From: Bacteriovoracaceae bacterium | GTDB lineage: Bacteria > Bdellovibrionota > Bacteriovoracia > Bacteriovoracales > Bacteriovoracaceae | Assembly (NCBI GenBank): GCA_048270185.1 | Contig: JBLWTJ010000002.1 | Location: 384,001 to 448,000 of the forward strand | Length of the DNA stretch: 64,000 nt | Direction: 5' to 3' | Shown: positions 56,494-64,000 of the stretch, one piece after another | How positions within the stretch are numbered: the stretch's first letter is position 1 | How the letters are laid out: every line of letters begins with the position of its first letter | Made by a program: the position numbers and the translations under genes | Notes under the pieces: model-generated | What the model saw: only the letters and a program-made list of their open reading frames with translations | Told to the model about the DNA's origin: nothing | The model's database searches: none

Positions 56494-58466
56494 TGAAAAA
56501 AATGCTTTTAATTGGTCCAGCAAACTCTGGAAAGTCAGCAATCTTCAATGCCTTATCAGGTGCCAATAGAAAAGTTGCAAATTATAACGGAATCACTGTT
56601 GATACAGCGACGGCCGGACTTCTTTCAAATAATAGAAATGAAGAAAAAATCGCAGTTGTCGACCTTCCAGGGATCTACTCTCTCGTTCCTTCTTCTATTG
56701 ATGAAGCTGTAACTGTTTCAACTTTAATTGGCAGAAACAATCAAGTAACTGAGTTTCATGATGTTGTCTGTGTTGTTGACTGTGCAAGACTCGACTCTTC
56801 TCTTTCATTAGTTCTTGCATTAAAAGACTTATTTGGCGGAAATATCAAAGTAATTTTTAATAAGTGTGATCTTGAAGTTGTTAAGAATTACGACTTTGAT
56901 AAGATCGGTCAACACTTAGGTGTTCCTTATATTAAGTACTCAACTGTCAGAGATACTGGAGCGACATTAGAAAACTTCCTACGTGAGAACGTTTCAAGTG
57001 AAATCCTTCTACCACAGAATAAAATTCTTCTTTCAAATGAATCAACTGAATACAATCCATTCAATGTAGCTTTCGAAGAAGATCAATATGTTGATTTAGA
57101 AAATGAAGTTGCGGCCCTGTCTTTAATTGAAAAATATCAAAGAGAAGCCAGAGACCTAAAAGCAAGTTATGCAATTGGAAAGAATAAAACTCTTATTCAA
57201 ACTTCAAATAAGATTGATAAACTTGTTCTTCACCCAGTTTTAGGTGGGGTTATCTTCTTGGCCATCTTTTATTTAATATTCCACTCAATCTATACTTGGG
57301 CCGGCCCAGCGATGGATATTATCGATGCCGGTGTTGGAGCTTTTGGTGAATATGTAGGAGCTCTTCTTCCTGCCGGAATGCTTAATAGCTTCATTGTCGA
57401 TGGTGTTATTGCCGGTGTTGGTGGTGTTGTTATTTTCCTTCCACAAATTGTCATTCTCTTTTTCTTACTTAGCTTACTCGAGCAAAGTGGATATATTTCA
57501 AGAGCTTCAATTATCACAGATCGAGCGATGTCTTACTTTGGACTTAATGGAAAAGCCTTCCTTCCGTATCTTTCAGGATTTGCTTGTTCTGTACCGGCCA
57601 TCATGGCAACAAGAACAATTTCAGATAAGAAAGAAAGACTTGCAACACTTATGACGATTCCTCTAATTACTTGTTCAGCAAGGCTTCCTGTTTATATTCT
57701 GCTTATTGGAACATTCATTCCAGAGAAGACAATATTTGGAATCTTTAACTCTCAGGCTCTAGCTTTCTTCTTTCTCTATTTCCTAGGAAGTATCGTTGCT
57801 CTTATTATTGCGAAAATTTTCAGACTAACTCTTTATAAAGGAAGTACAACTTCATTTATTATTGAACTTCCTCTTTATCAAATGCCATCACTTAAGCCGG
57901 CCATTAAGGCCATGACTTTCAAAGGGAAAATTTTCCTTAAGAAAGCTGGGACAATTATTCTTGGACTTTCAATGGTTATTTGGTTCCTTTCAACTTTTCC
58001 AAAACCAAGTGAGCAAATGCTTTCAGGACTTGATGATGCACAAGCAGCTTCAGTTTCTCTTGAGCACTCGGCAATTGGCCAATTTGGAAAGTTAATAGAA
58101 CCAGTGATTAAGCCACTAGGATACAATTGGAAGATGGGAGTGGGAATCACTGTCGCGATGGGTGCACGTGAGCTATTCGTTTCAACACTAGGAACAATCT
58201 ATGCTCTAGGTGACGTTGATGAAGAGTCGACAACACTAAGAGAAAGGCTTCTATCCGAAATTGATCCTGAAACAAATCAACCAGTATTTAATACGGCCGT
58301 TGCTTGGTCACTATTAATCTTCTTTGCCTTTGCAATGCAATGTATTTCAACACTAGGGATTGTTCACCGTGAAACTGATGGCTGGGGACATGTCTTTTTA
58401 ATGTTTGGATATATGACGGTTCTTGCTTACGGTGGAGCTTTTGTTACTTACCGACTTTTAATCTAA
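56493..58466 (+). CDS. feoB: Ferrous iron transport protein B
   Basis: GPANSGKS, ANY.G.TVD, DLPGIYSL, NKCD; membrane motifs GFACSVPA, TCSARLP, ELP.Y. Confidence 0.95.
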   Translation: MKKMLLIGPANSGKSAIFNALSGANRKVANYNGITVDTATAGLLSNNRNEEKIAVVDLPGIYSLVPSSIDEAVTVSTLIGRNNQVTEFHDVVCVVDCARLDSSLSLVLALKDLFGGNIKVIFNKCDLEVVKNYDFDKIGQHLGVPYIKYSTVRDTGATLENFLRENVSSEILLPQNKILLSNESTEYNPFNVAFEEDQYVDLENEVAALSLIEKYQREARDLKASYAIGKNKTLIQTSNKIDKLVLHPVLGGVIFLAIFYLIFHSIYTWAGPAMDIIDAGVGAFGEYVGALLPAGMLNSFIVDGVIAGVGGVVIFLPQIVILFFLLSLLEQSGYISRASIITDRAMSYFGLNGKAFLPYLSGFACSVPAIMATRTISDKKERLATLMTIPLITCSARLPVYILLIGTFIPEKTIFGIFNSQALAFFFLYFLGSIVALIIAKIFRLTLYKGSTTSFIIELPLYQMPSLKPAIKAMTFKGKIFLKKAGTIILGLSMVIWFLSTFPKPSEQMLSGLDDAQAASVSLEHSAIGQFGKLIEPVIKPLGYNWKMGVGITVAMGARELFVSTLGTIYALGDVDEESTTLRERLLSEIDPETNQPVFNTAVAWSLLIFFAFAMQCISTLGIVHRETDGWGHVFLMFGYMTVLAYGGAFVTYRLLI

Positions 58467-58470
58467 AAAT

Positions 58471-59586
58471 TTAACGACATTTGTCACTTGAATATAGCCT
58501 TACGGCATCGCTTAACATTAAGCCGATGTCGAGGGGCTCTCTCTCAAAGATCACTGAAATCATCTTTGCTTCTTCAAAATTTAATTTTCCTAAAGAAAAC
58601 CAACCAGTAGCGACCTTCCCCTCCTTTTCTGGTTTATAGTTGATATAACTTGAAAAGACTTCGGTATCTTCTTGAAAGACACTTACTTTCACATTTGAAA
58701 GTGCATCACTATTAATGACTCGGTAAACTTCTAAACAGTAACTGGTTCTTGTTGGTAGAAAATTATAAGAAACATAAGCATATTCATCTTCACTCATACG
58801 AACTCGATTACTATTGAATCCAACGAGTGTACTATTCTCCCAGTCTCCGTATTCACGGTAACCATCAACTCCTGCAAATGTCTTTGGGTTAACTTCTTTT
58901 GGAAGTATCGTCGCACTATCATCCAGAGGCGTATAGACTAATCCCTGGCAATCGTGAGATTCATCTATTTTTTCAAATTTAACTTCATCTGCTCTAAGAA
59001 TAGATTCATCTTCAACACTTTTGGAAATGATCACTCGTGACTCTTGGCCATGAGTAAATGAATATTCTCCCAATGGAAACCAGCCACGCATACTTTCATC
59101 AGCGGCAAGACTAAAAGAAGCAATCCCTATTTGCTCGGCCCCATCAAAAATATCAACTTGGGCCGAAGTAGTAGCATCTTTTGAGGTTACACGATAAACC
59201 CAAAGACAATACGTTGAGTCCCCTAATGCATCCGTAACATAGATGGCCCTTGCACTTGGGTCATTAGTGAAGCGAGAAATACTATTTTGACTTCCCTTTA
59301 ACTTATCTTGAAACCAATTACCTTCTTGAATAAATCCGCTCGAATCATCCTTTAGTTTGGTCTGTGAGCCTTGAGTGATATCAAAGTAATTTCCAATAAC
59401 GACTCTTTCTATACCTTCAATATAAGTAATAGATGCAGGGGCCCTTTCAGCTTCAACTTGAGAGCCTACAGGCTTTGTTTCAACACTACTAAGTTTTCTC
59501 AGATTATGTCCTCTTCCCAAGCAAGCATAGAGGCCAAGAAGGACTAGGGGGATGGCGGTAATTGTGAACAACTTACTCATTTTCAT
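58471..59586 (-). CDS. Exported protein with two golvesin-like (carbohydrate-binding-like) beta-sandwich repeats
   Basis: N-terminal hydrophobic segment; twice G.W..S/D...Y.L.VYRV....A...V.......GWF.LG...F......V.......(A/S)D.V. Confidence 0.65.
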   Translation of the reverse strand: MKMSKLFTITAIPLVLLGLYACLGRGHNLRKLSSVETKPVGSQVEAERAPASITYIEGIERVVIGNYFDITQGSQTKLKDDSSGFIQEGNWFQDKLKGSQNSISRFTNDPSARAIYVTDALGDSTYCLWVYRVTSKDATTSAQVDIFDGAEQIGIASFSLAADESMRGWFPLGEYSFTHGQESRVIISKSVEDESILRADEVKFEKIDESHDCQGLVYTPLDDSATILPKEVNPKTFAGVDGYREYGDWENSTLVGFNSNRVRMSEDEYAYVSYNFLPTRTSYCLEVYRVINSDALSNVKVSVFQEDTEVFSSYINYKPEKEGKVATGWFSLGKLNFEEAKMISVIFEREPLDIGLMLSDAVRLYSSDKCR

Positions 59587-59609
59587 AAAATGCCTCTGTT
59601 ACGGTCATC

Positions 59610-59636
59610 TTATCAGCTGTTCAAAGAATTTCTAAA
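59610..59636 (-). promoter_or_regulatory. Putative sigma28 promoter
   Basis: Minus strand TTTA-N15-GCTGATAA. Confidence 0.5.
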
Positions 59637-59694
59637 ATGAAGATGAGTAAATAAACTCAAGTATTATTAAGTTCGATTGAATTTTAATAAGAAG

Positions 59695-60192
59695 CTAGAG
59701 AATCGTCTTATAGATCTCATAGCTTTCATCATCAAAGCAACAAAAGATAATATCATCAAAGGCTTCTAGCTCATCAAAGCTCTTTACTGCTGAAGTTGCA
59801 GTAATGGCGGCTTCAATTTTTGGATAACCATAAGCACCTGTTGAGATACATGGAAAGGCTATTGACTTGCACTCATTTTCAAGTGCGAGAGCAAGTGAGT
59901 AGATATAACATTTTTCAAGTAGATCAGATTCACCTTTAACACCACCTTCCCAAATAGGACCGACAGCGTGAATAATAAACTCAGCAGGAATATTATAGGC
60001 CTTTGTTAGTCTTGCTTCTCCAATAGGACAACTCCCTATTTCGGCCAGCTCTTTAGTGAGTTCTTCACCACATGCGGCGTGAATTGCACCATCAACTCCG
60101 GCTCCACCTTTTAATTCAGAATTGGCCGCATTAACGATGGCATCGACGTCTAAAGTTGTAATATCTGCTTTGATTACTTGAATATTTTTCAT
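59695..60192 (-). CDS. Macro domain protein (YmdB-like O-acetyl-ADP-ribose deacetylase)
   Basis: DIT..VDAIVNAAN..L.GG.GVDGAIH, IIHAVGP, SIAFPCISTG.YGYP. Confidence 0.92.
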   Translation of the reverse strand: MKNIQVIKADITTLDVDAIVNAANSELKGGAGVDGAIHAACGEELTKELAEIGSCPIGEARLTKAYNIPAEFIIHAVGPIWEGGVKGESDLLEKCYIYSLALALENECKSIAFPCISTGAYGYPKIEAAITATSAVKSFDELEAFDDIIFCCFDDESYEIYKTIL

Positions 60193-60216
60193 AGAACATT
60201 TCTAGCATGGAAAGTA

Positions 60217-60957
60217 CTAGATTTCATCGTAAAACTTCAAGATCGTTCGAGCATACCAGTACTTTCTCTCCCCAGGCTCTCCATTGTAGTTCACAAGGGC
60301 ATCATAATAATTGGTTTCAATATCAGAGTTGTAATTTTTAGCAAGGTAGATCTTTAAGAGAATGGCACCATAGATGAGAGATAATTGAATATCGTCGAGA
60401 AAAAATAATTTTTGTTCGGCCCAACGAGATGAACGTGTCCAAAGTTGCTGCCAATTTAGGGTACACCCGTTGACGATATCATTTAGATACTTAGTATTCT
60501 TACGATTTGCATAATTTGGGCCGCGTTGCCCAAGTTGATCTGAAACCTCTTGAGCACCAATAGACGTAAATTGACTAAGGCCAACTGCACCAGTGCGGGA
60601 GATGGCCTTTTGAGCAAAATTTGACTCCATGCGAATAAGTGCGAGATAAAGTTTTGCATCAATTCCAAAGCAATTAGAGACGGCAATTACCCCATCAACA
60701 ATGGCCAAGGCATCATCGAGCTCTACCGCAGGATTCTCCGCAAGAATATACGAGAGGAAGTCTCTTTTATTATAGTCCTCATCTTGCATTTGATAATTCT
60801 TAATCAAATAAGCATGAGAGACGAAGTAGCCTTCAGGCATTGCGGCCATCGTCATGTTGAATATCATCGTAAGTATAAGTAATCCTAATAATTTTCGTAT
60901 CATAGATATCATTATTCTTAATTCCTTTCTTAAAGACAACTTACAAAATCTTTCCAA
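60217..60957 (-). CDS. SLT-domain lytic transglycosylase, secreted
   Basis: ALI..ESNF...A.S..GAVGL.Q, AL..YN; signal peptide; true start probably downstream (MIRKLL). Confidence 0.85.
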   Translation of the reverse strand: MERFCKLSLRKELRIMISMIRKLLGLLILTMIFNMTMAAMPEGYFVSHAYLIKNYQMQDEDYNKRDFLSYILAENPAVELDDALAIVDGVIAVSNCFGIDAKLYLALIRMESNFAQKAISRTGAVGLSQFTSIGAQEVSDQLGQRGPNYANRKNTKYLNDIVNGCTLNWQQLWTRSSRWAEQKLFFLDDIQLSLIYGAILLKIYLAKNYNSDIETNYYDALVNYNGEPGERKYWYARTILKFYDEI

Positions 60958-61032
60958 TATTAAGGGTTACATGAAGCCTTTAGCGTTCTATAATCGCAAT
61001 ATAAAAAATCTTAATATTTACGGAGGCCCTAC

Positions 61033-61980
61033 GTGAAACCTTTTATTGTTGTATGCGATGGAATGGATGCAGAAGTTTTCGCTTCTCTACAAGCAATTGA
61101 TGGACTTGAAGTACATCCAAAACCAAAATTAACTCAAGATGAAATTAAAGAATTATTACCAAAGGCAAGTGCCCTTGTAATTCGTTCATCAACTTCTGTT
61201 GGTGAAGAATACTTAGAGCTTGCTCCTAATTTAAAATACGTTATTCGCGCCGGTGCAGGAACAGATAATATCGATAAGGTAAAATGTGGTGAGCGTGGAG
61301 TTAAAGTTTCAAATACACCAGGGGCCAATAATAACTCTGCAGCGGAACATGCTGTTGCACTTATGCTGACAGTACTAAGACATACGGCCGCAGCAGATGC
61401 CACAATGAAAAACGGTGGTTGGGATAAATCAAAGTACACAGGAAATGAACTAGCAAATAAGAAAGTTGGTATCGTTGGCTTTGGTCAAATTGGAAAGATC
61501 GTTGCAAAACGCCTTCAAGGTTTTGATCCACAAGTTAAGTTCTTTGATCCATTCTGCGAATCAAGTGATCTTCCATATGTAACAAAAGCAAATACTGTTG
61601 AAGAAATTTTCGAAACTTGTGACATCATTACACTTCACACTCCTCTAATGGATGCGACGAAAGGAATGGTTAATAAGGATCTGTTTAATAAAATGCTACC
61701 ACATGCAATTCTAGTAAACGCATCACGCGGTGGAATTGTTAATGAAGATGATTTAGTCACAGCTCTTAAAGAAGGGAAATTAAAAGCTGCTGGTTTTGAT
61801 GTTTTTGCAACTGAGCCACTAGAAGATAATTCACCTCTTAGAAGCATTCCTAATCTCGTTCTTACTCCACACCTTGGAGCTTCAACAGATGAAGCACAAC
61901 TTCGCGTTGGAGAGATGGCGGTTAATCAACTGAAAGAATTCTTTTTAAATGATAATTTACTACACGAGGTTAAAGCTTAA
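61033..61980 (+). CDS. serA: D-3-phosphoglycerate dehydrogenase-like 2-hydroxyacid dehydrogenase (no ACT domain)
   Basis: RAGAG.DNID, NTPGAN...AAEH, G.G.IG, LHTP, N.SRGG, DVF..EP, TPHLGAST.EAQ. Confidence 0.8.
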   Translation: MKPFIVVCDGMDAEVFASLQAIDGLEVHPKPKLTQDEIKELLPKASALVIRSSTSVGEEYLELAPNLKYVIRAGAGTDNIDKVKCGERGVKVSNTPGANNNSAAEHAVALMLTVLRHTAAADATMKNGGWDKSKYTGNELANKKVGIVGFGQIGKIVAKRLQGFDPQVKFFDPFCESSDLPYVTKANTVEEIFETCDIITLHTPLMDATKGMVNKDLFNKMLPHAILVNASRGGIVNEDDLVTALKEGKLKAAGFDVFATEPLEDNSPLRSIPNLVLTPHLGASTDEAQLRVGEMAVNQLKEFFLNDNLLHEVKA

Positions 61981-61982
61981 TT

Positions 61983-63251
61983 ATGAAATCACTTGCGATT
62001 ATTGGTTCTCAATGGGGAGACGAAGGTAAAGGTAAAATCACAGATCTACTTGGTTTAAAGTGCGACGTTGTCGTTCGCTACCAAGGAGGCAATAACGCTG
62101 GTCACACGATCATCGTAGGAACTAAGAAAGTTGTTCTTCACTTAATTCCATCTGGTATTTTACATGACCACTGTGTTTCAGTTATTGGTCACGGTGTTGT
62201 TCTTGATCCAGAAGCATTTTCTAAAGAATTAGAAAACGTCAGAAATTCAGGCCTTAAAGTTACTCCGGAAAAACTTAAAATTTCTTCTAATACTTCTGTT
62301 ATTACTTTCTACAACAGACTCCTTGACGGTCAACGTGAAGCGAAAGGTCCAGTAAAGATCGGCACGACAGGAAAAGGTATTGGGCCAGCATACGAAGACA
62401 AAATTTCTCGCAAGGGAATCAAGGTAAAAGACCTTTTTGATAAAGAAGTATTAACTGAGAAGTTAAAAGCAAACTTACTAGAGAAAGAAACTCTTTTTAC
62501 AAAACTATATGAATGTGAATACCCAAGTGTTGAATCTGAAGTTGAAAGACTAATGGCCCTTGCTGAAGAACTTAAACCATATGTTTGTGATACTTTTAGC
62601 TTCCTCGATGAAGCCAAGCGTGCAGGAAAGAAGATTCTTTTCGAAGGAGCACAAGGTGTTCTGCTTGATATCGACTTTGGTTCGTACCCATTCGTAACTT
62701 CTTCTTCAACTGCTTACGCAGGTATCTATTCAGGAGCAGGTCTTCCTGGTGGAACAGTTGAAGAGGTTTTAGGAATTACAAAAGCCTACACAACAAGAGT
62801 TGGAGAAGGTCCATTCCCTACTGAATTATTCGACCAAATGGGAGACGATATTCAAACTAAAGGTGGCGAGTTTGGTGCGACAACAGGACGAAAGAGAAGA
62901 TGTGGGTGGCTTGATCTTCCACTTCTAAAATACTCAGTTAAATGTTCAAACCTAACTTCAATTGCTCTTACAAAATTAGATGTTCTAAGTGAAATGGGAC
63001 CTCTAAAAATCTGTACAGGATATGAGTACGAAGGTCGTACGATCGATTGCGCTTATCCAGGTATTGATTTAACTAAGGTGAAACCTATTCTTAAAGAAGT
63101 TGCTGGATTCAACGATGACTTTAAGGGTGAGCTTTCTAAAGAGTTGAAAGACTATATCGCTATGATCGAAGAGGCCATTGAGATTCCAGTTGGAATCATT
63201 GCCTTTGGCCCAGAAAGATCAGAAATTAAATTCCTAAAAGAATACTTCTAA
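61983..63251 (+). CDS. purA: Adenylosuccinate synthetase
   Basis: QWGDEGKGK, GGNNAGHT, IGTTGKGIGPAY, EGAQG, TTGRKRRCGWLD, TKLDVL. Confidence 0.97.
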   Translation: MKSLAIIGSQWGDEGKGKITDLLGLKCDVVVRYQGGNNAGHTIIVGTKKVVLHLIPSGILHDHCVSVIGHGVVLDPEAFSKELENVRNSGLKVTPEKLKISSNTSVITFYNRLLDGQREAKGPVKIGTTGKGIGPAYEDKISRKGIKVKDLFDKEVLTEKLKANLLEKETLFTKLYECEYPSVESEVERLMALAEELKPYVCDTFSFLDEAKRAGKKILFEGAQGVLLDIDFGSYPFVTSSSTAYAGIYSGAGLPGGTVEEVLGITKAYTTRVGEGPFPTELFDQMGDDIQTKGGEFGATTGRKRRCGWLDLPLLKYSVKCSNLTSIALTKLDVLSEMGPLKICTGYEYEGRTIDCAYPGIDLTKVKPILKEVAGFNDDFKGELSKELKDYIAMIEEAIEIPVGIIAFGPERSEIKFLKEYF

Positions 63252-63255
63252 GTAT

Positions 63256-63287
63256 AAAAAACTTCGGCCCTGAATTCCTTCAGGGCC
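63256..63287. terminator. Hairpin downstream of purA (T-run on the minus strand)
   Basis: GGCCCTGAA-TTCC-TTCAGGGCC preceded by A6 on the plus strand. Confidence 0.65.
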
Positions 63288-63423
63288 TATTTCCATCATT
63301 TGACGATTTTTTTGGAGATGGCCGTTGCAGATTACCATCGTTGAAGACGAGTGCTCAATTCTAAGCGACTCTAAGGTATGTGTGATATATGCTCGATCGC
63401 ATTAGGCGCGATGGAATCGTTAT

Positions 63424-63612
63424 TAAAAAAGTCTTTGTGCCACCACGGAGAGAGAGATGAGTAGTAGCACAAAGCTTTGTCGTCAGTAGGAAAGACACTT
63501 CTTTCAGAGAGAGGGACTTCCAGAAGGATGAACCAAAAAAACGGTAAGAGGAGTTTAAATTTAGCAGAACAAAAACTAGAGGCTTACCGACCTTGTTTCC
63601 TACTGACAAATT
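63424..63612 (-). ncRNA. Candidate structured small RNA, about 190 nt
   Basis: 12-bp enclosing stem GTCAGTAGGAAA/TTTCCTACTGAC, inner stems, and a 14-bp terminal hairpin that needs G-U pairs on the minus strand, followed by U6. Confidence 0.55.
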
Positions 63613-63711
63613 AAGAATATAAGAAAATCCGAGAACGAGTGTTCAAGTTATGTTAGGTAAAAGTTTTTAATTGTTAAATAATTGTCAAAAACACCAAGAG
63701 CAGCGCAGCAT

Positions 63712-64000
63712 TTAAATTAATTCAGCTAAAACTTGATTATCATTGAACTCTTTTAGGATAACTTTATGAATTTGATTCTTTAAATCACCTTCATGATTCA
63801 CTTTGACGCGAATAAAGTTAGAAGTGTAGCCTTCCCATAATCCATTCTTATCTTTCTTTTCAAAAAGAACTTCAGAGGTTTCGCCAATAAAGTCTTCTGC
63901 AAACATATTAAGCTTTGCATCCCCTAACATCATAAGGGTCTTTACACGACTCTTTTTAACTGGATGTTGGATATGATCTTCCATACGTGCAGCAACAGTA
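63712..64000 (-). CDS. mtaB: C-terminal end of a MiaB-like methylthiotransferase, probably MtaB (partial, runs off window)
   Basis: TAA.M.......K..R..L and TRAM-like G....VLFE......GY.SNF.RV. Confidence 0.7.
   Translation of the reverse strand, partial: TVAARMEDHIQHPVKKSRVKTLMMLGDAKLNMFAEDFIGETSEVLFEKKDKNGLWEGYTSNFIRVKVNHEGDLKNQIHKVILKEFNDNQVLAELI

Noticed and set aside
1330..62617. Many 60-130-aa ORFs antisense to or nested in long genes (e.g. 2692-2973, 15359-15742, 20060-20422, 54403-54738)
   Set aside because: They overlap well-supported genes and show no recognisable motifs; expected shadow ORFs.
63361..63609. 82-aa minus-strand ORF
   Set aside because: TTG start without RBS inside a strong stem; runs through a terminator-like hairpin; no protein motif.

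Overview
AT-rich bacterial chromosome segment. Gene content and order (bamA-skp-lpxD-fabZ-lpxA-oxidoreductase-lpxB-lpxK; fliL-fliM-fliN-fliO-fliP-fliQ-fliR-flhB-flhA-flhF-flhG-fliA; many orphan secreted proteins) suggest a predatory Bdellovibrionota such as Halobacteriovorax/Bacteriovorax (inference, not verified). Mostly housekeeping: CoA/pantothenate synthesis, hflX, rpsA, lipid A and outer-membrane biogenesis, prfB with a programmed +1 frameshift, flagellar export and regulation, HU, uvrC, murJ, feoAB, serA-like, purA and a partial mtaB. No rRNA, tRNA, CRISPR array, transposase or integrase was recognised. Best candidates for undescribed biology: (1) a four-gene cassette at 23687-27703 with a stand-alone minimal YcaO, an orphan peptide-binding lipoprotein, a small secreted putative precursor ending TTNEWG and a divergent hybrid histidine kinase, possibly a RiPP-like peptide signalling module; (2) a family of structured non-coding elements with covarying hairpins at 5.9-6.1 kb, 50.4-50.7 kb (three tandem units, 107-bp period) and 53.3-53.4 kb, the last lying between synonymously diverged duplicates of a gene 3' end; (3) a probable ~190-nt sRNA with CU-rich segments at 63.4-63.6 kb; (4) recurring sigma28-like promoters and CsrA-type GGA hairpins. 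All calls were made by eye; no database searches or folding programs were run.
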